A stretch of 64,000 bases of DNA from Ylistrum balloti. Lineage: Eukaryota. The DNA lies in assembly GCF_031769215.1 (NCBI RefSeq), contig NW_026782555.1, positions 186,001 through 250,000 of the forward strand. The letters are read 5' to 3'. The position numbers and the translations under genes are program-made. The first letter of the stretch is position 1, and each line of letters starts with the position of its first letter. Shown piece by piece: positions 1-13,499 of the stretch. Under the pieces are notes generated by a model. The model saw only the letters and a list, made by a program, of their open reading frames with translations. It was not told where the DNA came from and made no database searches.

Positions 1-615
1 AAATAGGGGTCACTATAAAGACAGGTATTCGAAGGACATTTTGTTATAATTTCTCTTATCTTCATTTACTATATTGCTTTGCATTAGCATAGTATTCTTA
101 TTTCCTTTTTTTATGACAGTTTCATTAAATATCTCTTACAATCAACAAACATCCACAAATATCAAACACTTCTTATGAACAGTACAATGGAGTTTATAGC
201 AACATTCCCTTTTTTGTGGAATGTTAATGTAGTAAAAGTAATCTATTCCATTCACAAGAATTCTTGGCAGTTGATGAAAACATCCTGCAGAATTTACCTC
301 ACATATCAATTTATTTGCATGATTTTATGTAAAGAAACGTATACACTGTTCAGCTGCTACATCCTTTTACCAGAAAGTAAAAAGTACACCAAAGTTTTGA
401 TATTAGAGCTGAGATATATGTTTAATGTAGTTAAGCGTGAATTTATGACAGGCAATATATTATACATGAACAGTTGTATAAGTGTAAAAATCCTGGAAAA
501 TGTGTCCCTGTAATGAGTACTTAAAATGAGCAACTGATGAGTAAATATACAGAAGTAAACAAGCACACTTTGTTGGTTTGATAACTAACTTTCAAAATTT
601 CTTTTAAACACTCAC

Positions 616-2528
616 CTCTGTCCCTCCTGAGGTGAACAAAATGTCTGAAACAATAAAATATAAAATGTTTATTCAAATTATAAGAAATGGATTACTTTAT
701 TTAATACATTGAAACCTGTTAATTTAATATCATCCAATATGTAATGACACACCTCAGAATATTTTTACCTGTATCACATCACACCTGTGACGTTTACCAG
801 TATCATGTCACCTCTGTGTAGTTTACCAGTATCATGTCACCCCTGTGTAGTTTACCTGTATCATGTCACCCCTGTGTAGTTTACCTGTATCATGTCACCC
901 CTATGTAGTTTACCAGCATCATGTCATCCCTGTGCCGTTTACAATTATCATGTCACCCCTGTGTAGTTTACCTGTATCATGTCACCCCATGTATTGTTTA
1001 CCTGTATCATGTCACCCCTGTGTAGTTTACCTGTATCATGTCACCACTATGTAGTTTACCAGCATCATGTCATCCCTGTGCCGTTTACATGTATCATGTC
1101 ACCCCTGTGTAATTTCCCTGTATCATGTCACCCCATGTATTGTTTACCAGCATCATGTCACCTCTGTGTAGTTTACCTGTATCATGTCGCCCCTGAGTAG
1201 TTTACCTGTATCATTTCACCTGTCACACCTGTGTAGATTATCTATATCAAATTACATCTGTATTGTTTACATGTATTGTATCACACCTGTATGGTTTACA
1301 TGTTACACCTATATTGTTTACATGTCACACCTGTTTAGATAATTTGTATCATATCACACAAGTATATTCACATCATACCTGTATAGTTTACTTGTATTAT
1401 ATCACACCTGTATAGATTCTATAACTTACCAGAGGACTTTGCTCCCACCATGGTAGCTACACTGCTCCTGGCATTGTCTATAACTGTCTTGGCTTTAACA
1501 CCTTTAACAACCAAAGAGAACTGGAATCATACTTCAAAGTATTTATGTACATTATTATACCCACTTGTAGCTCACTCTTGTAAGTCAAAATTTCAAGTCA
1601 AGACAAAGAAACATTCTGTTTGCTATCTAAGTATTACCTGCATCATGAGAACTACTAGGATTTCCCCAGGCTTCAGACAGTGCCGTGGAAATAGCCCCTA
1701 GGACATCAGGTTCCAGGGGAGTAGTAGCATTGTAGTCCAGGTAAATCCTAAATTGTAAAATATTGTTTATAAACAAGGTGCATTAGTAAAATACTCTTAT
1801 TACAACAGATTTGTTTCAGTAACAAGTCCATATGCTGCTCTGAAAAATTATTATGTTCATTTTTACTTATTTGCTGGGTTTATCAGCCCTTGACCAGCAA
1901 TGGTCATTTTGAGGAGAGCTGGTGGTCACTTCACTTAACGACATGCAGGTACAGAAGGCTTGTAGTACGTCTCTATACCACACTCCAAGACAAAAGTGTA
2001 ATACATGCAGTATGTATATGAACAGAACAATAAAACTAATTTTCAGTCCAGTATACTGCATTTTGTTAATATTTCAGCTTTATAGTTATAAAAAGAGTTT
2101 TTGTTTCTGCCATTGGTTGTTCAATAATATTGAAAGAGTTTACACTAGAAGCAGATATGTGTTTCAGGTCTGAAATAAAGACAGACAGACGGATGGACAG
2201 AGAAACACAGACACCTAAACAGACTAACAGGCAGACAGACATATGGACGGACACACAGACAGACAGGGGACAATATTTGATGGGAAAACGGCAAAGAGTA
2301 AAATCATGACGATTTTTAAAGGGCAGAGAAGAGAAAAATAATTCACAGAAAGATTGGTTGAGTACAGAGATGTTTTGTAAAAAGTTAGAGTGGGTTTACA
2401 TTAGATATAAAAGTCTGGATAAATGACAACAACAACAACCAAAAAACAAGGTGAACACGTCTAATAGCTTACTTTCTTCGATGACCACTTAATTCCTGAT
2501 ACATGTAAGCTATTGATATCACAGACAT
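616..2528 (-). CDS. SCLY: Selenocysteine lyase (class-V PLP enzyme), 5' part; exons 2528-2473, 1747-1638, 1501-1430, 644-616; continues beyond the left edge or into exons I could not place
   Basis: Spliced translation [89 protein letters not shown]. All junctions are GT-AG with matching phases (2,1,1,0). YxDYNATTP, WGNPSS and FTSGGTE are NifS/SCLY hallmarks; the LEP..WGNPSS spacing resembles SCLY more than NFS1 (recalled comparison, not a search). Confidence 0.9.
775..1420. repeat. 29-bp minisatellite (cctgtatcatgtcacccctgtgtagttta) in SCLY intron 3, degenerating towards 1420
   Basis: Tandem units are directly visible; they explain the repetitive ORFs 863..1054 and 979..1200. Confidence 0.95.
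2170..2265. repeat. Imperfect (GACA)n-type microsatellite in SCLY intron 1
   Basis: gacagacagacggatggacagagaaacacagacacc...cagacagacag. Confidence 0.75.
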
Positions 2529-3063
2529 GCGATCTGATCGTATCAACAAATGAGACAAATGAAGATGGTGACGGCTGTATCGTACAGTAGGCCGACTGCA
2601 CAACACGTGCAATCAAATCTACACTCAAATAAAATGAAATATTCACGATTAGTAAATACAAGAAATCATTTTTTGTAATGGGAGATCGGAGAAAGTTAAA
2701 TACTTTTCCTGATCCATGTGGAGCGTTTTCCCGTTTTCTTCGCTTCAGCGGCTGACATACGAATGACAGAAACTTTTACATTCATTTCGAAGGAAAATCA
2801 AAAGATATCCCGAACATCATGTAACTTTATTAACTCTATCAAAAAGAGCTCTCTTGTGGGGGAAAATGAGAGAAGAGTGTCTGCTGCGCTCCATTAAGAC
2901 AACACTTATTTACGTTGGGTGTCTGAGAGTATGCACACACGAGCAATAGGATATCTAGAAATGACAAAGAGGAAAGGTTCTTAAAATACAGGCCAGACGG
3001 AATGCAAAAAAAAATATTTTGTGTCATAAATGTCATGTTGGAGGCGAAAGTTCAAAGGTCAGC
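2529..3063. promoter_or_regulatory. Putative bidirectional promoter and 5'UTRs shared by SCLY and the SDR gene
   Basis: The divergent start codons are only 535 bp apart, and the region is CpG-enriched relative to its flanks. Confidence 0.6.
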
Positions 3064-6000
3064 ATGGTGGAAGAGAACGTAAACAAACGCTCGGACACTT
3101 TCAGATATTGGTTGCAACTGGCTTTTCTCCTCGTCTTAAAAATTCCATTTCTATGTTGCAAATCTTTGGTTTTAAGTTTTTGTCCTGCAAAGCTGAAGGA
3201 TATTTCAAATGACATCGTGTTGATAACAGGCGGGAGCCGTGGGATTGGACGACGACTAGCGTTGGAGCTCGCTAAATGCAAACCAGAACACGTGAGTGAC
3301 AGCAAGTCAAAACAAACCCATATTGCATTATGTCTGCCCAAGTCTCCGATTACTAAACACACACTCATGCATTTGCTTGTGTAGAACTACTGCACTAAAA
3401 GTTGAGTAAAAAGCAATTATTCCACCATATATGTTCATGTAGCCTCTCCACGGATGTGTTGATAAAATATGTTTTTATTTTTTATCTTTACTAAAGACTT
3501 TAGCCTAAGGTCGGTAGACAGACTGTTAACAACTCAGCGATGAAAGACATCCTACTTGCTTACTGCATCAGAAGCTCAGAATCATTTATTTATTTATTTA
3601 ACAGGTTTTACATCCACTATTACAACCGTGCGGGCCTCTCAGTGGACAAGTTCTGAATCATAATATACATGTAAATATAAGATATAGGAAAAGAAAAATG
3701 GCGTAGGATGATCTTGCAAGCCACATGAAAATATCATTGTTGTTTTTGATGGTAATTGTACATACACACTAGACGTTTGATTGACCTCATCTATTGCTTT
3801 TTTTTTTAATCATTTAAAACATTTCTAGTTAGATAAGTAACATTTCTTGTTGGCCAGATTGTGTTATGGGGTCGAGGAATTTCGAATCTTGAGATGACAG
3901 CTGCTGATGTACGAAGCCTTGGCATTAAATGTTCTTACATGTCCTGTGATGTAGGAGTCAGAGAACAGATATATGCTAAGGTGAGATACATAATTTGACA
4001 AACCTGTATTTGAGAATACACAGTTTAGGTTTTCATGATCCTGGTATACTTTATGTACTTGCACATGTACATGTATTACCAAATTCAATTATATGGACTT
4101 GAGAATGAACAATATTTTAAATTCCAACTGTATATCAACACAGGTTAATAAATTGATTTTCTTTTGCTTAATACATATCACTTTCATAATGTGTTTTGTT
4201 ATATGTCTAGAAGGAAACGAAAATCTTCAAACTTTTAGGAGTTTATATCTTTTCAGTTTGTAGATAAATCTATACTCATATATGTGAGTTTTGTTACTTT
4301 TACAAATAAATGGAGACTATGCATGTCCAGGTTCCTCCAGATGAACAAGTTTTACTTGTAATGCATATTCTTTCAAAATTACCCCCAAATAATGCAAATA
4401 AAGAGATATGGAAGTGAGTTGCAATATTTATTTGTGTACAGTTTCTGACCCTATTGCATGGAAAGACAGTTGTACATACACTTACAAATTTCTTGGCCAA
4501 TTTATTGACATTTTTTCAGGCAAAGGAGATAAAGGACACCATAGGTCCTGTTTCCATATTGGTCAACAATGCAGGCATAGTGAGTGGGCGAAAGATTGTG
4601 GAAAGCGTAGATGAGGAGTTGGAGGCTACATATGCAGTCAACACTCTCGCCCATATTTGGGTAAGTAGTTTAGAGACATCTCTGTAAATAATGATATAAA
4701 CAGTCTCTGTTCTGGTACACCTGAACACAGCATGAACTGTTATAATGGTCTCATCTTTTTGATTTCCAAAGGATTTTCATTTCTTTTTTACATCTAAATA
4801 TATCATGCACCTTATGCAGAAATTAAGATCTGTCTTGGTATTGTATTTTAATTCATGTTGTAGGATATGACTAATTTTGATACCTCCTGCAGAAACTGAG
4901 ATTTTATCTTCTTTTCTTCATTTAAGGCGACACTAAAGAGACCAATTGCAACCCCATGTGCAACACTTGAAATCTTACATCTTATTACTCTCCAGGCTAT
5001 TCTGTCTTTCTGTGTCTTTTCTTGTTGTCTCCCTAAATACTTGTCCTGATATTACCTTGGTTGAAATTGTCTCCAAGACAACTGTCCTCATATGACCCTA
5101 GCTGTTCGTGTTACCCAGATGCCTATGCTCATATAACCCTAGTTGATGGTTTCTCCCTAGATATCCATCCTCGTATGGCCTTGGTTGTAGGTGTCTCCCT
5201 ATATATCTGTCCTCATGTGACCCTGTCTATTTTTACCTCCTTAGACACCTGTTTTCATGTGACCTAGGCTGTTGGTGTTTACCAAAACACTTGTCTTCAT
5301 ATGACCCTGTCTATTTTTACCTCCTTAGACACCTGTTTTCATATGACCCTGGCTGTTGGTGTCTTCCTACATCCTCTTGTGACTCTAGCTTTTGGTGTGT
5401 CCCAAGATACCAATCCTCATGTGACTCTTGTGAGGGCACAATACCCTCAACAAACAAACAGAAGTTTAGAAAGGATGAATTTTTAAGATAAGATTGACAA
5501 ATTCTCATATTTTAAGCAATTTTATTAGCCAATGTTATCTGCATGAGTCACTGAGGATGTGATATGTGTAATTCAGACAATAAAGGCATTCCTACCAGAC
5601 ATGATAGACAGACAGAGGGGCCATATTGTGACTCTCAGTTCCGTGTTAAGTATGATGAGTATGGCTGGCCTGTCCGACTACTGCAGCTCCAAATTTTCCA
5701 GTGCTGGGCTGCTAGACTCATTATACTGGGAGGTAGAGGAGTATCCAGATATCTCCATCACATCTGTTCATCCATACCTGGTGACTAATGACATGTTCTC
5801 ATCACTGAAGCTAAGGTAGGTACCCTACCACCTATACATACCTGTACCTGGTCACTACTGACATGTTCTTATCACAGAATCTGAGGTAGATACCCCATCA
5901 CCTCATTGTCAGTAACCCACGGTCCTGGCTCCTATGCACAAAGACATGAGTGTCAGGACTGTGGGTTACCAACGATGCATCACCTATACATATTTGTTTC

Positions 6001-9000
6001 TGGTGACAAATGTCTTCTCATCACTGAAGCTAAGGTAGGTACCCCATCACTTGTACATGCCTGTATTTGGTAATTAATGGCATGTTCTTATCACTGAAGT
6101 TGGTGTAGGTAGCACATTACCTGTACATGCCTGTCCCTGGTAAGCAATGACTCGTTCTTGTCACTGAAGCTGAGGTAAGTACCCCATGACATGTATATAC
6201 TTGTATCTAGTGACTAATGATGCCTTCTCATCACTGAAGCTGAGTTATGTACCCTACCACTTGTACATACATATCTGGTAACTAATGACAAATTCTCATC
6301 CCTGAAACTGAGGGAGGTAAACCATGGTCTGTACATACCTGTTTCTGGTGACAAATTACACATTCTCATCACTGAAGCTGAGGTAGGTAACCCATGACCT
6401 GTACATACCTGTTTCTGGTGACATATGACATGTTCACATCACTGCAGCTGAAGTAGGTACCCCATCACCTTTATATACCTGTTTCTGGTGACATGACATG
6501 TTCACATCACTGCAGCTGAAGTAGGTACCCCATCACCTTTATATACCTGTTTCTGGTGACATATGACATGTTCACATCACTTCAGCTGAAGTAGGTACCC
6601 CATCACCTTTATATACCTGTTTCTGGTGACATATGACATGTTCACATCACTGCAGCTGAAGTAGGTACCCCATCACCTTTATATACCTGTTTCTGGTGAC
6701 ATATGACATGTTCACATCACTGCAGCTGAAGTAGGTACCCCATCACCTTTATATACCTGTTTCTGGTGACATGACATGTTCACATCACTGCAGCTGAAGT
6801 AGATACCCCATCACCTTTATATACCTGTTTCTGGTGACATGACATGTTCACATTACTGCAGTTGAAGTAGGTACCCCATCACCTTTATATACCTGTTTCT
6901 GGTGACATGACATGTTCACATCACTGCAGCTGAAGTAGATACCCCATCACCTTTATATACCTGTTTCTGGTGACATGACATGTTCACATTACTGCAGTTG
7001 AAGTAGGTACCCCATCACCTTTATATACCTGTTTCTAGTGACAAATGACAAGCTCTCATCACTGAAGCTGAGGTAGGTACCACATCACCTTTATGTACCT
7101 AAACTTCATGACAAATGACAAGTTCTCATCACTGAAGCTAATGTAGGTACCCCATCACCTGTATGTACCTGTTTTTGGTGATAAATGACATGTTCACATC
7201 ACTGAAGCTGAGGTAGGTAGTCCATCACCTGTACATACCTGTACTTGGTAACTAATGACAAGTTCACATCACTGAAGCTGAGGTAGGTACCCCATCACCT
7301 GTACATACCTGTTTTTGGTGACATATGACAGGTTCTTATCACTGAAGCTGAGGTAGGTACCCCATCACCTGTATGTACCTAAACCTGATGACTAATGACA
7401 TGTTCTTATCATTAAAACTGATAGGTCAATAATTTTAGATATTTCCACTATTGATGAGGTCAATAATTTTAGATTTGTCTACCATTGATGAGCCTGAAGA
7501 AGGTAGATACTTGAATTTTGTATTCTCTCTCTATCCATAGCTGTTGTCCTAATTGCTTTAATCATTCAAAGTGGCATGTTTTCTTTTCAACATTGATAAC
7601 ATCCTTAAAGTTTCTTTTTTGATGACACAAGTAGTTTATAGAGTGAAAAGAATCAAGAACCTGACATTTCAAAATGCCTTCTTCTTCTTACATCATGCAT
7701 TTGAAGAATTATGTTTGTTTATAAGTTTACTTTGTTGTGGTTACAATACAGATTTCCCTGGCTGATTCCTGCCTTATCAGAGAAATATGTAGCTGAGCGA
7801 ACTGTCCGGGCCATATTGACGAATACATCATATGTTATTATGCCACGCATCATGTACATCATCATCCTAGCCCAGAGGTCAGTGATATGAATTAGGGATC
7901 AGTTATATAGGCCAGAGGTCAATCATATAAATTAGGGGCCAATGATATTTCTCAGTGTAGCTTAGAAGTCATTCATATAAATTAGGGGCCAATGATATTA
8001 CTCAGTGTAGCTTAGAAGTCATTCCTATAAATTAGGGGCCAATGATATTACAGAGTGTTGCTTAGTAGTCAACTATATAAATTAGGGGCCAATGATATTA
8101 CTCAGTGTAGCTTAGAAGTCATTCATATAAGTCAGGGGCCAATGATATTACTCAGTGTAGCTTAGAAGTCATTTATATAAATTAGGGGCCAATGATATTA
8201 CAGAGTGTTGCTTAGTAGTCAAGCATATAAATTAGGGGCCAATGATATTACTTAGTGTAGCTTAGAAGTCATTCATATAAATTAGGGGCCAATGATATTA
8301 CAAAGTGTTGCTTAGTAGTCAACCATATAAATTAGGGGCCAATGATATTACTCAGTGTAGCTTAGAAGTCATTCATATAAGTCAGGGGCCAATGATATTA
8401 CTCATTGTAGCTTAGAAGTCATTCATATCAATTAGGGGCCAATGATATTATTCATTGTAGCTTAGAAGTCAATCACATAAATTAGGGGCCAATGATATTA
8501 CTCATTGTAGCTTAGAAGTCAATCACATAAATTAGGGGCCAATGATATTACTCATTGTAGCTTAGAAGTCAATCACATAAATTAGGGGCCAATGATATTA
8601 CTCATTGTAGCTTAGAAGTCAATCACATAAATTAGGGGCCAGTGATATTACTCAGTGTAATTAGGGGTCAGTAATTTAATTCAATGTATTTTTGGGTCAG
8701 TTACATAAGTCAAGGATTAATGATTTAATTCATAGTTCAGTCATTTGAATCAGAGTTCAGTCATTAAAATCAGAGGTCAGTGATGTACAACTGACTCAGG
8801 GTACTTCAGTGTGTGTAGTTCAGAGGTTATATTCATATAAATAAGGGGTCAATATGATCTGGAGTCAACATTATGTAACTTTGATGTCAAAAATGCAGCT
8901 TGTGAAGATCAAAAATTAAATTATATATCAATAGTATAATTTGAGACTGGTTATACAACTGAATGATGCACTCATTTCTTTATATATATTCTTTTAGGCA

Positions 9001-9211
9001 CAAATCTCTTAACTGGGAGCCAGTCATGTAATTCAGTATTATTCAGTATTATTTATGTAAGTTAAGGTTAGTTACTTGTATGTAACTTTTGTATGACAGA
9101 ATTTTTCCTGAGAGTATCTTACTGCCCATATACAAATTCCTGGGTACAGATACAGCCATGGACAACTTCTCGTCTCCAAAGTCGTCGCCATCCAAGGTAA
9201 AATCAAGTTAA
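3064..9211 (+). CDS. SDR16C5: Short-chain dehydrogenase/reductase, SDR16C family (epidermal retinol dehydrogenase 2 / RDH10-like), 322 aa; exons 3064-3291, 3858-3980, 4520-4660, 5577-5815, 7752-7877, 9100-9211
   Basis: N-terminal hydrophobic anchor, TGGSRGIG cofactor motif, IVLW, CDV, ILVNNAG, catalytic YCSSK, HPYLVTNDMF and FPWLIP. Exon lengths sum to 969 nt with GT-AG boundaries, consistent phase and TAA at 9209-9211. The symbol marks the family; the exact ortholog is unresolved. Confidence 0.92.
5060..5420. repeat. Degenerate tandem repeat in SDR intron 3 (~35-45-bp subunits around catgtgaccct, with an ~80-bp duplicated higher-order unit)
   Basis: Recurring ctcatgtgaccctgtctatttttacctccttagacacctgttttcatgtgacc. 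Confidence 0.8.
5770..7410 (+). repeat. 68-71-bp minisatellite (~23 copies) built from the end of SDR exon 4 plus its splice donor
   Basis: The unit ...cctggtgactaatgacatgttctcatcactgaagctgag|gtaggtaccccatcacc... matches exon 4 bases ~5778-5815 and the first intron bases. Confidence 0.95.
7868..8660 (+). repeat. 50-bp minisatellite (~15 copies) starting at the SDR exon 5 donor
   Basis: Unit attaggggccaatgatattactcagtgtagcttagaagtcattcatataa; the first copy overlaps tagcccagag|gtcagt. Confidence 0.93.
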
Positions 9212-9759
9212 AAACTGGTCAGTGGTCAAGATGTGTAGTTAGACTTTGGCTGTGATATGTTTAAACCTGGTGATCGGAATTTCGACCAAACTGGAACTGT
9301 GATGTGTGAAATAGGAAGGGAGGATAAAGAGAAACCATTTCTTCAATGTTACGTACTGTGATTAGTCTCTAAGGACTGTGATGTGTCAAACAGGAGAAAA
9401 CAGAAAGACATCGATGTATATAAAAATACCTAGTCAATATAGTTCTGAGGAGGTGGTGGTTGTATATCATGTTAACTCATTTTTTAAACATTTAAAAAAA
9501 AAATTGTCACATGGGTGTTGGGCATTTAATACAGATATTTTTTATTTTTTACATTACCTTTATAAGGCAAGCACCATTTGTCATAAGTGGAAATGCTGAG
9601 AACTGCTGAAGCTAATTCATGAACTGTTGTAGTGTTTATACAGCATGCATGCTTGGGATTCTGAGGACCTTGTAGAGGGTCAAGATGAAGAGCCAGATGT
9701 TTTGTTAGCAAATATACTACTTCTGAACAAAATGGAACTCCATCAGTGGTGATGTAACA

Positions 9760-10450
9760 ACAAGATTGTCTCTAATATAACATAAACTTGTTATTAACCT
9801 TGAGGAGCATAACAACTAGACTGTCTCTAATGTAACACAAACATGTCGTTGATTTTGAGGAGTATACCACTAGACTATCTTTAAAATAACACAAATTTGT
9901 CATTGACCTTGGGGCGTACTATTAAACTGTCTCTAATGTCACACAAACATGTCATTGACCTTGGGGACATACAGTTTGACTGTCTCTTAATATAACACAA
10001 ACTTGTTATTGACCTTGAGGAGCATACAGCTAGGTTGTCTCTTAATATAACACAAATATGTCATTGACATTGAGGAGTATACAACAAGACTGTCTCTAAT
10101 ATAACACAAACATGTCATTGACATTGAGGAGTATACAACAAGACTGTCTCTAATATAACACAAACATGTCATTGACCCTGAGGAGCATACAACAAGACTG
10201 TCTCTAATATAACACAAACATGTCATTGACCCTGAGGAGCATACAACAAGACTGTCTCTAATATAACACAAACATGTCATTGACCCTGAGAAGCATACAA
10301 CAAGACTGTCTCTAATATAACACAAACATGTCATTGACCCTGAGGAGCATACAACTAGACTGTCTCTAATATAACACAAACATGTCATTGACCCTGAGGA
10401 GCATACAACTAGACTGTCTCTAATATAACATAAACATGTCAGTGGAGTGT
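9760..10450. repeat. 54-bp minisatellite downstream of the SDR stop codon
   Basis: Unit gactgtctctaatataacacaaacatgtcattgaccctgaggagcatacaacaa; it produces the 18-aa periodic ORF 9987..10388. Confidence 0.95.
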
Positions 10451-11399
10451 CCTTGAGGAGCCTAATACCTGACTATCTATTAGGACACAAACATACTTAT
10501 AGCCTTAGAGGGCATTCAATTAGACTGTCCCTGATATTGGCCCAGAGGAGATTTTCATTTTGGTGTAAATGTACACAAATAGAGTGTACAAGGAAATTTT
10601 AAGTCTTACTGTTTCCTGCCTTTTCATCATGGTATGACACATGTATTCACCTTTTATATAAGGTATCTAATCTGGTGCTACAATTTCTTACATTTTTTTT
10701 ATAATTATTGATATACATTTAAATGTATGTTTATATATTTGTTATTTTCCTTGTACTCAGGGGGATTTTTTGGTTCTCAGGAAGCTGAGAAATAAACCAA
10801 TCTGTGCTGTTTTGGTTGTGGATTAGGTTTACACAGATTATTCCAGGAGGGTATATGATGCTCCCATATGTTGTTCAGTGAGGTAGCCACCAGCTTTAAA
10901 AGAAAACCCCACCACAAAATGACCCTGGCTGATAGCAGTTCCATAAACATAGCAAACAAATGTTTTGTATCCAAGACCCCTTAGGCAGTCAATATGATTA
11001 AAACCTGGATGTTACTTAGTGATATTTGTTTTGTTGTCCTTTGCTTCAGTTATATCTTTGGCACTTATCCTAATGCAATGCTAAACAGTATTATCATATT
11101 CTAGGTACATTAGAAACTACATTCTTTCAACAATAAGCCTATGTCTGGTAATAAGCCCGCCCATATTACCATTAGTAAAATTATCAGGCAATACTATTTT
11201 AATGATTGTACTGTAATAAGACCTGACTTTGTATTAGAGATAACATTTTAGCTTCCTAGGGTCCTATAATAAGCCAAATCTCTGATATTGTGTAAGAAGT
11301 AATGTGTTGGCCCATTGTTTGTACAAGTCTTAACAGTCTTAACAAGTTATTTCTGAAAAATTATTGCATTGTTATAGTCTTGAATTGATCTTTATACTT

Positions 11400-12260
11400 G
11401 TTAACCTACCTAAATGAAAGCAAGTTTATGCCATGGTGCGGTGTCTTCCTGTCTGTCTGTTGTATGTCCAGCTTCAAAATTTTCCTGTTCCTTGAAACAA
11501 CTTCTTTCCAATGACTTATAGGCCCATTGTCATGATTTTGGCAAGTAGCATTCTTGGTGAACAGCTGTCAAGTTTGTTGAAATGAAATACCTTGTCCCAT
11601 TTTCAAGGTAAGTATGGTCAAATGTTGATTTGGTGAGTACCATGCTGGGCTAGAATTTCAAGTCTGTTCAAAAGAATGACCTGGGCCTGCTTATAAGTTC
11701 ACAGTGGTCAAATATGTTAAAATCTTAAAAACTTCAAACATACAAAATTCAGGGCCATTGACCTCTCAGTAACAGAGTTATTGCCCTTTGTTCAAAATAC
11801 CTTGTCCAAAGCATAACTTTGCTTGTATTTAAAGTAGGGTAATGAAACTTGGTGTATACATTGATCATTTAAAGACAATGTGCATTGTATCAATGTTAGG
11901 GCCCACAACCCCTTAATTACAGATTTACTTTCCTTTGTTGAAATTTTGTGGCTAGAGCATTTCCTTTCCTACATTTAAACTAGGATATTGATAGGTGATG
12001 TATACATCAGTCATAGAAAAACAAGGTGCAGTGTAGTAAAATCAGGGCCAATGACCCTCAGTACAGAGTTTTTGCCCTTTGTTAGAATTTTGTGTCATGA
12101 GCATGGCTTTGCTTGCATTAAAACTAGATGTGTAAATTGGTCATAAAAAGAGAATGTGCAGTATACCAAATTCAGGGCCTGCAATTACAGAATTATTGTC
12201 CTTCAGTAAAATTTGTCATTTCGGGAAGCGTTCATCAGTTTCACTGATACTCTTGTGATT
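11400..12260. mobile_element. Non-autonomous interspersed element with internal ~130-bp subrepeats; second copy at ~61330-61592
   Basis: Internal repeats (cagggcc...cagagttattgccctttgtt...aaacttggtgtatacat) and the terminal ttcatcagtttcactgatactcttgt are shared with the 61.5-kb copy. Confidence 0.65.
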
Positions 12261-13499
12261 TTAGGTACCTTCAACCCTCACCCATAATGTCTGATGTTGT
12301 ATCATGTGAACCTGCAATTATCATAAAGCTTTATGTATAGATAATACATGTACATGCAGAAATTAATGGTATATACAGGACTTCTTGCTTTGGAATTTTT
12401 TCCATGTGTGTTGTAAGATTTAATCTTTTTAATTAACATATATATTGCTATTCATTTAATGATGGCCTTTCCCTATGAAATAATGCATAATAATGTGTAC
12501 ATGTGAAACGTGCCTTTACAGACTATATATCTATTGATGTGTACACAGGTGATGATCAATGCTGACATAAATTGGTAATATTATGTTTATACCAAGTGTA
12601 ACTAGTCTGACCATAGCTTAATGTAACCATGATGTGGTGATGGGATATTGGTAGAAAGATTGGCTTCTAGAAATAGCTTTATAGACATAATTTACTAAAG
12701 TTTTAAAATACACACTGTTTAATCTAAGCTTATACAATAGCTACAACATTGAAATGAAAATGACTATTTTGTGCACATGAAAATGAAAGTTTTCATGTCT
12801 GGAAATTGAAAACAGATACTGTATGGTTCAATTATAGTACCCAGTCACAAACAAACATTGCTAAACATGTTAATTTAAGCCTATTTATCGATGCAATGTT
12901 TTCAGTAATATTTTGTGGGACATATTGTGTGACACTTCATACTTCTTTATTTTAGTTTCTAATTTTATTAATATTATTTCCCAACCCGCAACAGAGATAA
13001 AAATAAACATTTTCCTCATGTTTTGTCCAATTATTTTTTCATAGTTTATTGTTCTGTCATTTTATTCATTATACGGAAATTGAAATTTAATGAAAATCAT
13101 TATCAGATTCTTGTTAATTAGAACAGATATACAGTTATAAGAGAAGTATCTGTGGTTCATTGTGTACTGTAAAAGAATCTGCTTAAACATATGCTTGTAT
13201 GATACATACATTGTACATATGTATAAGACATGGGTACAATAAAAAAATGACACACTATTTAATATTTTTGTTTTGTGTATTTGAATATATCTCATGCTGG
13301 GAATTCCTTGAGGGATTTTGGTAACACCTATCATATAAGGTGCCATACCGTCTATACATTTGCCCCTTTCAGGACATAACAAATTTGCTATTTTCAAATA
13401 TCAATTACAAATTTTGCAATATCACCTGTGGCATTTTGAACCATTTTCAGATTGTCTTTTGTGTATGATCTGTTGATGTTATTGTCTGTCTATAAACCC

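Noticed and set aside
175-566. ORFs 175..513 (+) and 357..566 (-) as genes or as SCLY exon 5
   Set aside because: AT-rich intron-like composition, and no frame gave the expected SCLY continuation (NN.V...HxS).
863-1200. Periodic ORFs over minisatellites (also 9987..10388, 29174..29560, 37558..37872, 45531..46033, 57502..57960)
   Set aside because: They are translations of non-coding tandem repeats in introns or spacers, are open in several frames or strands, and lack splice context.
616-2528. Selenoprotein recoding (in-frame UGA or SECIS) linked to SCLY
   Set aside because: There is no in-frame UGA in the visible exons, SCLY is not itself a selenoprotein, and its 3'UTR is outside the window.
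7930-8660. Interstitial telomeric repeat (TTAGGG in each unit)
   Set aside because: There is only one hexamer per 50-bp unit, and it derives from the intron start; it is not a telomeric array.
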